Positions 27,301 to 36,218 of a stretch of 64,000 nt of DNA are shown here, in pieces. This DNA comes from Acidobacteriota bacterium (GTDB lineage Bacteria > Acidobacteriota > Blastocatellia > RBC074), in the NCBI GenBank assembly GCA_016196035.1, contig JACPYM010000015.1, positions 64,525 to 128,524 of the forward strand, read 5' to 3'. Made by a program: the position numbers and the translations under genes. Positions within the stretch are counted from its first letter, which is position 1; each line of letters begins with the position of its first letter. The notes under the pieces are model-generated. The model was given only the letters and a program-made list of their open reading frames with translations, ran no database searches and had not been told where the DNA came from.

Positions 27301-29545
27301 CACCACGCGGCTCAACGCGCTGGGCGAAGTCGTGCATGGGTTGCTCGATGATCTTGCGCGCTTCCGGCTGGCGAATCCACCCGATGCGCGGCTCGTGGCG
27401 AATACTGAAGGCTTGCTGGCGGTGGACAATCCCGTGCAAGACCTGGAGCTTGCTGTCCCAACCGTAACCGTGGGCAAGCAATTCATTGCGCACGCGCAAG
27501 CCGTGCCAGTCACGCTCAATCAAAATCAACCCTTCACTCTCACGGGTTTCGACAGCGATGGCGCGCCCCTGAGCTATGTCCTCAAAGAGCCGCCGAAGCA
27601 CGGCGATTTGCTGGGCGCCGCGCCGAATCTGGTCTACTCGCAAACCACGCTACGGTTCGCGGGAGAAAATTTCGTCGGACGCGACAGTTTGAAATTCACG
27701 GTGAAGGCGGGCGACCGGGAATCCGCCGTGGCGGAAGTCACCTTTACCGTGGCGGGCGCGGCCTGCGCCACGCCCGGCTATCAATCGTCAGTCGTGCTGG
27801 GCAATGCGCGCGAGCCTTATGCGCTGGTCAGCCGCGATTTCAATCGCGACGGCAATCCAGACCTGGCGGTGTGCGACGCCACGGCGAACACCGTGCGTGT
27901 GATGTTCGGCAATGGGCGCGGCGGGTTTGCCGACACTGCGACGCTGCCGGTCGGGCAGAATCCGGTGGCGCTGACCGTGGATGATTTCAACGGCGACGGC
28001 AGACCCGATCTTGTCACCGCCAATTACCGAGCGAATAACCTCACGGTTTTGCTGCAAAACAATCTCGGCGGTTTTACTGCCACCGCCGTCAGTCCCACTG
28101 TGGGCAGCGGGCCACGCGGCCTCGCCACGGCGGATTTCAACAATGATGAGCGGCGCGACCTGGTGGTGGCGAATCGGGATTCACGCAACGTTTCGATCCT
28201 CTTGGGCAATGGCGACGGCACTTTCAAGACGCCGCCGACCAATATCATTGTGGGTGGCGCGGAGGTGGTCGGGATCAAAGCCGCCGATTTGAATAACGAC
28301 GGCAAGCCGGATATTGCCGTGACAGTGGGTGAGTTCAACAGCGTTGTGCTGTTGTTCGGCAAAGGCGATGGAACATTCGAAGCCCCGCTCCCGCTGGCGG
28401 TGGATGCGCGGCCATTGTCGCTCGCGCTCGGCGATTTCAACGGCGACACTCACATGGACATTGCGGTGGGCAACTTCGGCTCCACGCGGCTGTCGGTGCT
28501 GTTCGGAGATGGCGCGGGCGGTTTCCGCGCGGCGCGCCATTTTGAAGTCGGCATCCCCTGTTACACGCTGGCGAGCGCCAATCTCAATCAAGATGGGTGG
28601 GATGATCTGGTGGTGGGCGGCTTCACCGCCAACCGCATCGCGGTGCTGCTGGGCGATGGCATAGGCAGCTTCGGCGCGCCAATCAATTACAACACGGGCA
28701 GCGGTGTGACGGACGTACTGGTGGGCGATTTCAATTTCGACAAGCGGCTCGATTTGTTGGTCGCCAACAGCCTGACGCCCAGTGTCACCTTGCTCACCGG
28801 CGGCTGTACGGCTGCCGCCACTGTGGCAACGGTTTCCTCAGCGAGTTTCAATCCGCCTCCCGCGCCGGTCGCGCGTGATTCGATTGTCTCGTTATTTGGG
28901 GCAGGTTTCTCCGCCACGACCCAGTCCGCCACCGCGCAGCCTTTGCCCACCGCATTGGCGGGGACTTCGGTGAATTGGCGCGACAGCTTGGGGACGCAAC
29001 TTACCGCGCCGCTCTTCTTTGTCTCGCCCGGACAAATCAATTGCCATGTCCCGCCGGGACTGGCGCCGGGGCTGGCGACGGTCAGCGTCAACAGCAACAG
29101 CGGGGCTGTCATTGAAGGGGCCGTTTCCTTAGCCAACGTTGCGCCCGGTTTATTCACGGCCAACGCCAACGGCAAGGGCGTCCCGGCGGCAGTGCTCTTG
29201 CGCGTCAAGGCAAACGGCGCACAGTCGTTTGAAACCGTCGCGCGCTTCGACACGGGGCAGAATCAATTCGTGCCCGTGCCGCTCGACGTGGGTGACGCCT
29301 CCGATCAGGTTTTCCTCTTGCTGTTCGGCACCGGCACGCGGGGGCGAAGTTCATTGGCTAGCGTTTCTGTAACCATTGGCGGCGTGGCGGCGGAAGTGCT
29401 ATACGCCGGCCCGCAAGGCGGCTTTGTGGGATTGGATCAACTCAACGTGCGGTTGCCGCGCGCACTGAGCGGGCGCGGCGAAGTGGAACTGGCGCTGTCG
29501 GTGGAGGGTGTGGCTGCCAATGCCGTGCGGGTCAGTTTCAAGTAA
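24329..29545 (+). CDS. giant secreted/surface protein: unknown ~1000-aa N-terminal region, Ig-like domain, FG-GAP/VCBS repeats, C-terminal TIGR03437-like (Solibacter-type) domain
   Basis: AAGGAG RBS and a signal-like N-terminus. Seven DxNxDGxxD-type FG-GAP loops are present (DFNRDGNPDLAV, DFNGDGRPDLVT, DFNNDERRDLVV, DLNNDGKPDIAV, DFNGDTHMDIAV, NLNQDGWDDLVV, DFNFDKRLDLLV). The C-terminal APGLFTANANGKG...YAGPQGGFVGLDQLNVRLP is typical of the TIGR03437 module. Confidence 0.7.
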   Translation: MLHPHPFALPRTKSTAVTSRDLKACLVRLLMLLLVLNPVFAARADLKHPQPENQPVTVAGRAGLVNSPPPSAAQAKRPQDQLTLAEMAALDDEITLDKRQADKMIFAVFAGNNLRQRRLSELLGPALAVLVEAYKLSPALNPNELAPLFQISRNNLPQARVQPPKSLLRTGIVAATEIATAINGKAPAVTPAIVEKINLDLRTDDFLDPNAFNPFTDVLKPVQYALLDVKVDEFVQAKLEEAFDLAIVNEAFYTAFTRAFGDYLGVGMFDGAAAILQNSPVAPDYLKAYLKPNGNLSVFMADAVAKSDEQFDLAKTATDENLKLLGEINTNQFTPSPQATLALRQAANSETADLASLLAGDPEEDKFLKREKLINQIGNGINVLAKVVGFFSRDNAEKIRKVGQSVIKFAKDANNFVKYARLIATNPLVRNFKFVSLLPLGNPLMAIGVLGIAFAAIKIFKLFGSDSRVLKQLKQIAAQINTLRQEMHERFDRIDHQLDILYFKMTDGFNRMIELGIYPIQEDLIKVHAELNRLESRVYDWIDADSRRTLNETINLAIGYKRRNGLEMSAQDFDRYANTFYTWAFTNSKDPIALGSLNRDYSDSKIYDELSNYPLEANINYLAQFPARNLGLPALSNVLLPNPRYWSVSTSADTQLRAEWPALNQQIATPERRRGMYDLGRQLQDFVEAITLLKTATGVRANHPLVDALLSKYDAKADKLRAALKKIEDDYKNDPANTKPTEQIKNVSLWLDANQAPPLAAPASVPTCLSPAPVTLAPPSNIERLGTAMPAPFRTAARLGLGDLRYCTTVDWGAISGQTTNLTISFEMRYRAQPTDNTSYLKLSLAGLGPITVGDYTTLTNRWNASWKAEFEQRAILENRYTTAQINAIATSVEEILHRHRAALAAKIASELARVGPAQSATRELAGVKKLIVAYLSFGMSRSLEENDALRGLLNGDQQLPDDVYLTQVYDTIRLAPPGSAFPNGDIQVLTTTRLNALGEVVHGLLDDLARFRLANPPDARLVANTEGLLAVDNPVQDLELAVPTVTVGKQFIAHAQAVPVTLNQNQPFTLTGFDSDGAPLSYVLKEPPKHGDLLGAAPNLVYSQTTLRFAGENFVGRDSLKFTVKAGDRESAVAEVTFTVAGAACATPGYQSSVVLGNAREPYALVSRDFNRDGNPDLAVCDATANTVRVMFGNGRGGFADTATLPVGQNPVALTVDDFNGDGRPDLVTANYRANNLTVLLQNNLGGFTATAVSPTVGSGPRGLATADFNNDERRDLVVANRDSRNVSILLGNGDGTFKTPPTNIIVGGAEVVGIKAADLNNDGKPDIAVTVGEFNSVVLLFGKGDGTFEAPLPLAVDARPLSLALGDFNGDTHMDIAVGNFGSTRLSVLFGDGAGGFRAARHFEVGIPCYTLASANLNQDGWDDLVVGGFTANRIAVLLGDGIGSFGAPINYNTGSGVTDVLVGDFNFDKRLDLLVANSLTPSVTLLTGGCTAAATVATVSSASFNPPPAPVARDSIVSLFGAGFSATTQSATAQPLPTALAGTSVNWRDSLGTQLTAPLFFVSPGQINCHVPPGLAPGLATVSVNSNSGAVIEGAVSLANVAPGLFTANANGKGVPAAVLLRVKANGAQSFETVARFDTGQNQFVPVPLDVGDASDQVFLLLFGTGTRGRSSLASVSVTIGGVAAEVLYAGPQGGFVGLDQLNVRLPRALSGRGEVELALSVEGVAANAVRVSFK

Positions 29546-29693
29546 CGTTGCCACGGTATGTGGCGCACAGCGCCGCCGATCCCGCGCCGGCTGTGGTTGC
29601 TGGCGCAACAAAATTTATGGGCAGGCCAATCCAGCTACGCGGCGCTGGCCGTAGCTGAGGGTGACGTACAACAAGAGAGCTTGTAGCGATGGT

Positions 29694-29735
29694 CTCCACG
29701 CCGGTTGAAAAATCGGCGTGGAGTTTTTTGTTTTG
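29694..29735 (+). terminator. intrinsic terminator downstream of the giant gene
   Basis: 10-bp stem: CTCCACGCCG (29694-29703) pairs with CGGCGTGGAG (29714-29723). It is followed by TTTTTTGTTTT. Confidence 0.7.
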
Positions 29736-29751
29736 GGGGTTGGCAGTCCGA

Positions 29752-29780
29752 ATTTGAAATTTGGAGATTTGAAATTTGGA
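29752..29780. repeat. AT-rich tandem 14-mers ATTTGAAATTTGGA (two copies) upstream of the phosphoesterase gene
   Basis: Exact copies lie at 29752-29765 and 29767-29780 inside a near-palindromic AT-rich patch, within otherwise GC-rich DNA. Confidence 0.8.
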
Positions 29781-29824
29781 CTTACGGCTCCCGTGTTCTT
29801 TACAACTGTGGTAAACACAAGGCG

Positions 29825-30538
29825 ATGCTGAACTCCGAGCAAGACAATCCAAAGCTGCTGCGGCGCATCGGCCTGCTGGGCGACATCCATTGCGAAGACG
29901 GGCGGCTGGCGGCGGCGCTGGCGTTTTTCCAAACGCAGCAACTCGACCTGGTGTGCGCCGTGGGCGACCTCGTGGATGGGCCGGGCGATGTGAATCGCAC
30001 CATCGAATTGCTGCGCGCACATCAGGTCATCGCGGTACGGGGCAATCACGAACGCTGGCTGTTCGCGGGCGAGATGCGCAGCTTGCCGGAGGTGACTTCG
30101 CGGTTCGATTTGCGTTCTTCGGCTTGGGAATACCTGCCGCAACTGCCGACGTTGCGGCGGTTAGAGACAGTCGCTGGGCGCGCGCTGCTCTGTCATGGTT
30201 TAGGGGCGGATGATATGGCGGGTGTCTGGCCAGCGGATGATGTGTTGCGGATTCATTCCAACTATCCGCTCTGGCAACTGGTCAGCCGGCGCGAATACCG
30301 GTTTGTGCTCAACGGGCACACGCATCAACGGCTGGTGCGTAGCTTTGGCGAGGCCGGGGACGAATTGACGATCATCAATGCCGGGACGCTTTACCGGCAG
30401 CATCGCCCCTGTGTGTGCGTGGCGGATTTCGGTGCGGGCACGGTGCAGTTTTTTGATCTGGTGGCGGAGTTGGCCGCCGGGCAATTCAATTTGGTGGCGG
30501 CGGAGACGTTTCGTTTTCCGGTGGCACCGGTGCTGTGA
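29825..30538 (+). CDS. metallophosphoesterase (calcineurin-like, YfcE/MJ0936-like)
   Basis: GLLGDIHCE, AVGDLVDGPGD, VRGNHE and LNGHTHQ motifs occur in the canonical order. Confidence 0.75.
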   Translation: MLNSEQDNPKLLRRIGLLGDIHCEDGRLAAALAFFQTQQLDLVCAVGDLVDGPGDVNRTIELLRAHQVIAVRGNHERWLFAGEMRSLPEVTSRFDLRSSAWEYLPQLPTLRRLETVAGRALLCHGLGADDMAGVWPADDVLRIHSNYPLWQLVSRREYRFVLNGHTHQRLVRSFGEAGDELTIINAGTLYRQHRPCVCVADFGAGTVQFFDLVAELAAGQFNLVAAETFRFPVAPVL

Positions 30539-30622
30539 GGCTGCTTGGCCGCTGGATGGATCACCCTTATCAGCCAGGCGCGCGCGTCCATGAGCGTCCG
30601 CAGGCCCTTTCAGGAAAGGTGC

Positions 30623-30651
30623 TTGCGTTGCCCAACCCTTTCGGCTAGTAT
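30623..30651 (+). promoter_or_regulatory. possible sigma-70-type promoter (TTGCGT-17 nt-TAGTAT) upstream of rimP
   Basis: Hexamers lie at 30623-30628 and 30646-30651 with a 17-nt spacer. This is a by-eye prediction only. Confidence 0.3.
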
Positions 30652-30665
30652 CCGCCTTACTTCGA

Positions 30666-30691
30666 GGTGGGCGGTCGCGCCCACCTTTTTC
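30666..30691 (+). terminator. intrinsic terminator/attenuator hairpin between the phosphoesterase gene and rimP
   Basis: GGTGGGCG-GTCG-CGCCCACC (30666-30685) is followed by TTTTT. Confidence 0.6.
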
Positions 30692-30758
30692 ATCTTCGGT
30701 GGCGGGTTTGCGTAACAATTCAAAAAGCCCGGCCACTGGCAAGCGGGAGTCCCATTCA

Positions 30759-31232
30759 GTGAAACTTGATCCGCGCGTTCAGGAATTGGTCGAGCGCTTG
30801 GTTGTTCGTCAAGGGTTGGAGTTGGTGCATGTCGAATGGGCTGACGGACGGCAAAAGACTTTGTGCGTGTACATTGACAAGCCGGGCGGGGTGACGGTGG
30901 ATGATTGCGCGGAAGTCAGTCGCCAGTTAAGCGTGCATCTGGATGTTGAGGATTTCATCCCCACGCATTACTTACTGGAAGTCGCTTCGCCGGGGTTGGA
31001 TCGCGGGTTGTACAAGGCGGCGGATTATGAGCGCTTCGCCGGGTTACCTGCCCACGTGAAGTTGTCAGAACCGCTCAACGGCCAACGCAATTTTCACGGC
31101 AAACTGCTTGGGTTGGACAAAGAAGGCGAGCTTCAAACGGATTGGGCGGCCCTGCTCGAAGATGAAACCGGGAAACAGCAGCGGCTGCCGCTGGCGAAGA
31201 TTTTGAAAGCGAACGTTGAAATAGAACCCTAG
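30759..31232 (+). CDS. rimP: ribosome maturation factor RimP
   Basis: LELVHVEW...LCVYIDKPGGVTVDDCAEVSRQLS..LDVEDFIP..YLLEVASPGLDRGL. The probable GTG start has a GGGAG RBS, and the gene sits just upstream of nusA. Confidence 0.85.
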   Translation: MKLDPRVQELVERLVVRQGLELVHVEWADGRQKTLCVYIDKPGGVTVDDCAEVSRQLSVHLDVEDFIPTHYLLEVASPGLDRGLYKAADYERFAGLPAHVKLSEPLNGQRNFHGKLLGLDKEGELQTDWAALLEDETGKQQRLPLAKILKANVEIEP

Positions 31233-31234
31233 CA

Positions 31235-31316
31235 AGGGGCTAGGAGCGAGGGATTAGAGCCAGCGCTTGAACGCGTTCTTAAGCTCTAGCCCCTAGCCTC
31301 TATTCCCTAACCCCTG
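31235..31316. repeat. imperfect inverted repeats built from GGGGCTAG/CTAGCCCC-type words in the rimP-nusA spacer
   Basis: AGGGGCTAGG (31235-31244) faces TCTAGCCCCTAGCC (31285-31298). Related words GGGATTAG and CCCTAACCCC are also present. The pairing is imperfect. Confidence 0.5.
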
Positions 31317-31322
31317 ACAAAT

Positions 31323-32867
31323 ATGAATCTGAGTTCCATTGCACAAAACATCGAGTTGCTCAGCAAAGAGAAGAAGATTGACCCCTCGGTCATCATCAGC
31401 GCGATCGAAGATGCAGTCGTTACCGCGTCGCGCAAGCAGTTCCGCACCGGCGAAGATTTACACGCGCGCTACAACTTGGATGGCGGCACGATTGAGTTAT
31501 ATGCGATCAAAACCGTAGTCGAGGTTGTGGAAGACCCGGCGCGCGAGTTGACCGTCCCCGAAGCCAATGACGAAGTCGGCGAAGGCGCCGAAGTCGGCGA
31601 CATGCTCGAATTGCCGCGCCCGATGGAAGATTTGGGCCGCATCGCCGCCCAGACCGCCAAGCAGATCATTCTGCAAAAGGTGCGCGAGGCCGAACGCAAC
31701 AACGTTTACGAGGAATACATCGGGCGGCTAGGCGAATTGGTCAACGGCTTCATCAAACGCTTTGAGAGCGGCAAGATGATTTTCGACCTGGGCAATGGCG
31801 TCGAAGCCGTGATGCCCAAATCGCAGCAATCGCGCGTCGAGAACTTCACGCAAGGCGAACGCCTGCGCTGCGTCATTAGCAATGTGAACAAGGAATCACG
31901 CGGCCCGCAGATTGAGGTTTCGCGCACCAGCCCGGAAATGGTCAAGCGGCTGTTTGAGATGGAAGTGCCCGAAATTTATGACGGCACCGTGGTCATCAAG
32001 GCCGCCGTGCGCGAACCGGGCGACCGCGCCAAGATCGCTGTGATGTCCAACGAACGCGACGTTGATCCGGTGGGGGCTTGCGTGGGCATGAAAGGCTCGC
32101 GCGTGCAATCCATCATCCGCGAGTTGCGCGGCGAAAAGATTGACATCATCGAATGGTCGGAAGACCCCGCCATCTTTGCCGCCAACGCGCTCTCGCCCGC
32201 CAAGGTCAGCAAAGTAACGGTGCTCGATTTCGAGCAAAAGAAATTGCAGGTGACCGTTGAAAATGAACAGCAGTCGCTGGCGATTGGCAAACGCGGCCAG
32301 AACGTGCGGTTGGCCGCGCGCTTAGTGGGCTGGGACATTGACATCCGCAGCGAAGAAGAAATGAAGCGCGAGATCGCGACGCAGATGGAGCAGATGCTCT
32401 CTTCGCCGGTCGTCCCGCTGACCTTTATTGAAGGCATTACGCCCTCTGACTCTGAAACGCTGGCCGAACATGGCATCGAGACCATCGAACAACTGGCCGA
32501 TGCCTCGGTGGATGACATCTGCGACTGGCTCGATCTGAGCGTGGATGAGGCGGAAGACCTGATTGTCACCGCCCAGGAAATTGCCGAGGCGCGCCGCGAA
32601 CGCCTGGCCGTCCCGGGCGACGATGATTATGTGGAAGAGTTTGAAGGCGAGGAGGCCGGGGTTGAGGCATATGAAGAAGCCGATGAAGAACCCGGCGTGG
32701 AGATGGGTGAAGAAACCGGTGTAGCGAACGCAGAGGACGCCACCAAAACCGCGGCTGAGGAAGTCGCTGAAGAGGTCGTCGAGCCGATTGCCGTAGCAGA
32801 TACGGCAGACACGACGGCGGTTGCCGCGCCAGCAACGGCGGCAGCACAAGCCCCTGAAGAAGAATAG
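31323..32867 (+). CDS. nusA: transcription termination/antitermination factor NusA with an acidic C-terminal extension
   Basis: N-terminal domain, S1 and two KH regions (VSRTSPEMVKRLFEMEVPEI, DPVGACVGMKGSRVQSIIREL, LAIGKRGQNVRLAARLVGW). Position is the conserved rimP-nusA-infB order. Confidence 0.9.
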   Translation: MNLSSIAQNIELLSKEKKIDPSVIISAIEDAVVTASRKQFRTGEDLHARYNLDGGTIELYAIKTVVEVVEDPARELTVPEANDEVGEGAEVGDMLELPRPMEDLGRIAAQTAKQIILQKVREAERNNVYEEYIGRLGELVNGFIKRFESGKMIFDLGNGVEAVMPKSQQSRVENFTQGERLRCVISNVNKESRGPQIEVSRTSPEMVKRLFEMEVPEIYDGTVVIKAAVREPGDRAKIAVMSNERDVDPVGACVGMKGSRVQSIIRELRGEKIDIIEWSEDPAIFAANALSPAKVSKVTVLDFEQKKLQVTVENEQQSLAIGKRGQNVRLAARLVGWDIDIRSEEEMKREIATQMEQMLSSPVVPLTFIEGITPSDSETLAEHGIETIEQLADASVDDICDWLDLSVDEAEDLIVTAQEIAEARRERLAVPGDDDYVEEFEGEEAGVEAYEEADEEPGVEMGEETGVANAEDATKTAAEEVAEEVVEPIAVADTADTTAVAAPATAAAQAPEEE

Positions 32868-33099
32868 CTATGAAGGCCATGAAGCTGTTATGAACAGGGA
32901 ACATTTGAAAAACACGGCGCCGGGCGGTCGTGGCAAGTCGCGCTTACCCAGCAGGCTTGCGGCACGTTGCCCTGGCGCTCTCACTGCCAGCGGAGGGGCT
33001 GATGTGAGTACGCTGAGGCTTTGATTATTCGAGCAGCGGAAAAGCAGCGCTTCCCACGCGGGATGACTTATACGCTGGCTTTTCTTGTGGAAGGAATCA

Positions 33100-36000
33100 A
33101 TGGGGTCCATCGCTAATAAGGTCCGAGTTTACGATCTAGCAAAAGAACTCAAGCTCGAAAATCGCAAAGTCATCGAAGATGCCCGCCGCCTGGGTGTGGA
33201 CGTGAGCGTTCCCTCGAACACGCTGCCGGATGCCGTCGCGGACAAAATCCGCGAAATGTATTTCCCGAAAAAAGAGCAAGCCGCCACGCCTCGCACGGCC
33301 CGTTTGATCAAACATGCGGTTCCGCCGCCGGGCACGGCGCAGGCCGACGTGATGCCCACAGCGCCTTTGCCGGGTGCGCCTGTCACAACTCCGGCAGTAC
33401 GAACTCCGCAACCAGTTGCGCCCGTGTCCGCGCTTGCCGAGGCCGCGCCACCCGCGCAAGAAGTCCGCAAACTTAGCACGCAACCGCTCGGCACGCGCCC
33501 GGTCAAACCTGCGCCCGCAGCCGAACTGCCGCCCGTTGCCATGCCCGCGCCTGCCGACGTTGCCGAGATACGCGCGGAAACGCTCGTGCCTCTGCCCGCA
33601 ATTGCGCCGCCGGCAGCGCCCGCGCTGACGGCTGAACCTGAAGCAGAGCAAGCAATCCAGGAGGAGTCAATTACACCCGCACCCGCCCTCGCACCGCTGG
33701 CTGAACCTGTTGAAAGCCCGGCGGCTCCTATAACAGAGGCACCTGCCGCCGCGCCGCCCGCGCCTGCGCCGTCCAGGCCAGCCGGGCCAGCCGTTACGAA
33801 ACTGGACGTGCCGCCGATCACCAAGCAGATGCCGGCGACGACGGGAGCTTTACCAGCTTCAGCGCGCGCGCCGCACGGTCATGGGCAACCACATGGACAA
33901 CCGGCAAACCGCACGACAGTGATCAAACTGGCGCCAGCCAAACCCTTTCAGCCGCAGCCCCAACAACCTCAACCGCGCATCGGGCGCGATGGACGCACGG
34001 GGCAATTGCGGCAGCCGGGCCAGACGGGCCAGTTAGGTCAAGCCGGAGCTCCTGGCCAAACCGGGCCGCTGGGGCGCGAAGGCCGTGGCGCTCCACGGAC
34101 GGGTGAGGCGGGAGCGGCAGGCGACCGAAAGCGCGCTCCCGGTGTCCATTTGCTGGAATCGGGCAAACCGCAATTGCACACCTACGTGCCACCGCCAGAC
34201 GCGCGTCATAAAGGCCGACACACCACACATCGCAAGGGCGACAAGGATGCTACGCCTGATCGGCAGAACCAATTGCGCAAGGGCTTCCAAGCGCCCCAGC
34301 CGCAAGTGCGGCAAGCCCCGGTCGAGTTGAAACCGTTGCGCCTGGTTGAAGGCACCACCGTGCGCGAATTCGCCGAGAAAGCTGAAGCTAAACCGCGCGA
34401 TGTGGTGGCTGAATTGATGAAGCGCGGGGTGATGGCCACGATCAATCAGGTACTCAATCCTGATCTGGCCAAAGACCTGGGCAGGCTCTATGGCTGGGAC
34501 GTCACCTTCGGCGAATTCGAAGAGATGATGGTCGAGTCCGAATTCGAGATCACGCCCGAGGCGATGGACGACACCGAAATGCGCGCTCCCGTCGTCACCG
34601 TGATGGGCCACGTAGACCACGGCAAAACCAGTTTGCTGGACGCCATTCGCTCAGCCCGCGTGGCCGAGGGCGAAGCGGGCGGCATCACGCAGCACATCGG
34701 CGCCTATTCGGTCCAAGTGGCCAACCCGGATAATCCGGTGGAACTGCGCCGCGTCGTATTCCTCGATACGCCGGGCCACGAAGCCTTCACGATGATGCGC
34801 GCCCGGGGCGCCAAGGTCACGGACATCGTCGTCTTGGTCGTGGCCGCCGATGACGGCGTCATGCCGCAAACCATCGAAGCCATCGAACACGCCAAAGCCG
34901 CCAACGTCCCGATCATCGTGGCGATCAACAAGATTGATAAAGGCGATGCCAACCCTGAACGCGTCAAGAAAGAATTGGCTGATCGCGGCCTGCTCTGGGA
35001 TAGCTGGGGCGGCGACACCACGATGGTCGAGGTTTCGGCGAAGATGCGGCAAAACGTCAACGGCGTGCTGGAAATGATTCTGCTGCAAGCCGACCTGATG
35101 GATTTGAAAGCCAATCCGAAACGCATGGCCACGGGCACCGTGCTCGAAGCCAAACTGGATCGCGGACGCGGCGCAGTCGCCACCGTGCTCGTTCAGAACG
35201 GCTCGCTCAAAGTCGGCGAACCGTTCATCGTCGGCAACTATTTCGGCAAGGTGCGCGCCCTGATGAATGATCGCGGCGAACGTGTCACCGAAGTCGGCCC
35301 CGCCATGCCGGTCGAAGTGCTCGGTCTGGAAGGCGTGCCCGGCGCGGGCGATCAATTCCAAGTGGTGGACGACATCAGCAAGGCGCAACAGATTTCCCAG
35401 TTCCGCCAGGCCAAAGCCCGCACCACGGCGCTCGCGCGTTCGGCGGCGCGCGGTCTGGATCAACTGGCGATGCAAATGGAGACCGGCGAGGTCAAGGAAC
35501 TGCTCGTCATTCTCAAGGCCGACGTGCAAGGCTCGGTCGAAGTGCTCAAGGATACCTTGCTGAAACTTTCGACCGACAAGGTCAAAGTCCGCATCATCCG
35601 GGCCGGTGTCGGCGCGATTACTTATGACGACGTGTTGCTGGCCAGCGCCTCAAACGCGACTTCGGTTGGCGCGGCCACCGTCATCATCGGCTTCAACGTG
35701 CGCCCCGAAGCGCGCGCCGAAGAAATCGCCAAACAGGAAGAGGTGGACATTCGCTTGCACTCGATCATTTACAAGGTCGAGGAAGAGATTCGCAACGCGA
35801 TGATCGGCATGCTCGACGCGACGACCAAAGAAGTCGTGCTGGGCAAGGCCTCCGTCCGCGACATCATCCGCGTGCCCAAGATCGGCAACATCGCCGGTTG
35901 TCTGGTGCTCAACGGTTTGATCAAACGCACCGCGCAGGCGCGCCTCATCCGCGACAACGTGGTGATTTTTGAAGCGCCCATCGGCAGCTTGCGCCGCTTC

Positions 36001-36129
36001 AAGGACGATGTCAGCGAAGTGCAGCAGAACTTCGAATGCGGCATCACCATCGAACGCTTCAACGATTACAAAGTCGGCGATGTGATTGAGGCGTATGTGA
36101 CCGAGAAAGTTGCCGCCACTAAGTTGTAG
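33100..36129 (+). CDS. infB: translation initiation factor IF-2 with a long Pro/Ala/Gly-rich N-terminal region
   Basis: G-domain motifs [20 protein letters not shown] and NKID. The conserved IF2 N-terminus [10 protein letters not shown] and a canonical C-terminus are present. Confidence 0.95.
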   Translation: MGSIANKVRVYDLAKELKLENRKVIEDARRLGVDVSVPSNTLPDAVADKIREMYFPKKEQAATPRTARLIKHAVPPPGTAQADVMPTAPLPGAPVTTPAVRTPQPVAPVSALAEAAPPAQEVRKLSTQPLGTRPVKPAPAAELPPVAMPAPADVAEIRAETLVPLPAIAPPAAPALTAEPEAEQAIQEESITPAPALAPLAEPVESPAAPITEAPAAAPPAPAPSRPAGPAVTKLDVPPITKQMPATTGALPASARAPHGHGQPHGQPANRTTVIKLAPAKPFQPQPQQPQPRIGRDGRTGQLRQPGQTGQLGQAGAPGQTGPLGREGRGAPRTGEAGAAGDRKRAPGVHLLESGKPQLHTYVPPPDARHKGRHTTHRKGDKDATPDRQNQLRKGFQAPQPQVRQAPVELKPLRLVEGTTVREFAEKAEAKPRDVVAELMKRGVMATINQVLNPDLAKDLGRLYGWDVTFGEFEEMMVESEFEITPEAMDDTEMRAPVVTVMGHVDHGKTSLLDAIRSARVAEGEAGGITQHIGAYSVQVANPDNPVELRRVVFLDTPGHEAFTMMRARGAKVTDIVVLVVAADDGVMPQTIEAIEHAKAANVPIIVAINKIDKGDANPERVKKELADRGLLWDSWGGDTTMVEVSAKMRQNVNGVLEMILLQADLMDLKANPKRMATGTVLEAKLDRGRGAVATVLVQNGSLKVGEPFIVGNYFGKVRALMNDRGERVTEVGPAMPVEVLGLEGVPGAGDQFQVVDDISKAQQISQFRQAKARTTALARSAARGLDQLAMQMETGEVKELLVILKADVQGSVEVLKDTLLKLSTDKVKVRIIRAGVGAITYDDVLLASASNATSVGAATVIIGFNVRPEARAEEIAKQEEVDIRLHSIIYKVEEEIRNAMIGMLDATTKEVVLGKASVRDIIRVPKIGNIAGCLVLNGLIKRTAQARLIRDNVVIFEAPIGSLRRFKDDVSEVQQNFECGITIERFNDYKVGDVIEAYVTEKVAATKL

Positions 36130-36212
36130 TTAGTTGATAGTTGACAGTTGATAGTTGTTAGTTCGCCGGAAGTGCCAGTCGCTAACACCTGTCAACTATT
36201 AACTATCAACTG
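36127..36212. repeat. imperfect AT-richer palindrome of AGTTGAT/AGTTGAC words in the infB-rbfA spacer
   Basis: GTTGATAGTTGACAG (36133-36147) pairs with CTGTCAACTATTAAC with one mismatch. Alternative registers are possible because the words repeat in tandem. Confidence 0.6.
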
Positions 36213-36218
36213 AGTTTT

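Noticed and set aside
26267-27643. 458-aa ORF on the minus strand, plus many 60-250-aa ORFs inside the 24329-29545 gene
   Set aside because: They are antisense or off-frame to the giant protein gene, which has coherent domain motifs. They have no RBS and no motifs.
29705-29824. N-terminal extension of the phosphoesterase ORF containing FEIWRFEIW
   Set aside because: This is a translation of the AT-rich tandem 14-mers and of terminator-proximal DNA. The conserved GDIH motif region starts after ATG 29825.
32868-33099. Expected ylxR (DUF448) or L7Ae-like gene between nusA and infB
   Set aside because: The only ORF here (MNREHLKNTAPGGRGK...) lacks the YlxR CxxC...GRGAY pattern and has no RBS. 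I treat the region as non-coding spacer.
34018-34089. Run of seven collagen-like GXY triplets in the IF-2 N-terminal region ([21 protein letters not shown])
   Set aside because: It lies within a long Pro/Ala/Gly/Gln low-complexity linker, which is typical of IF-2 N-termini. It is most likely compositional rather than a functional collagen motif.
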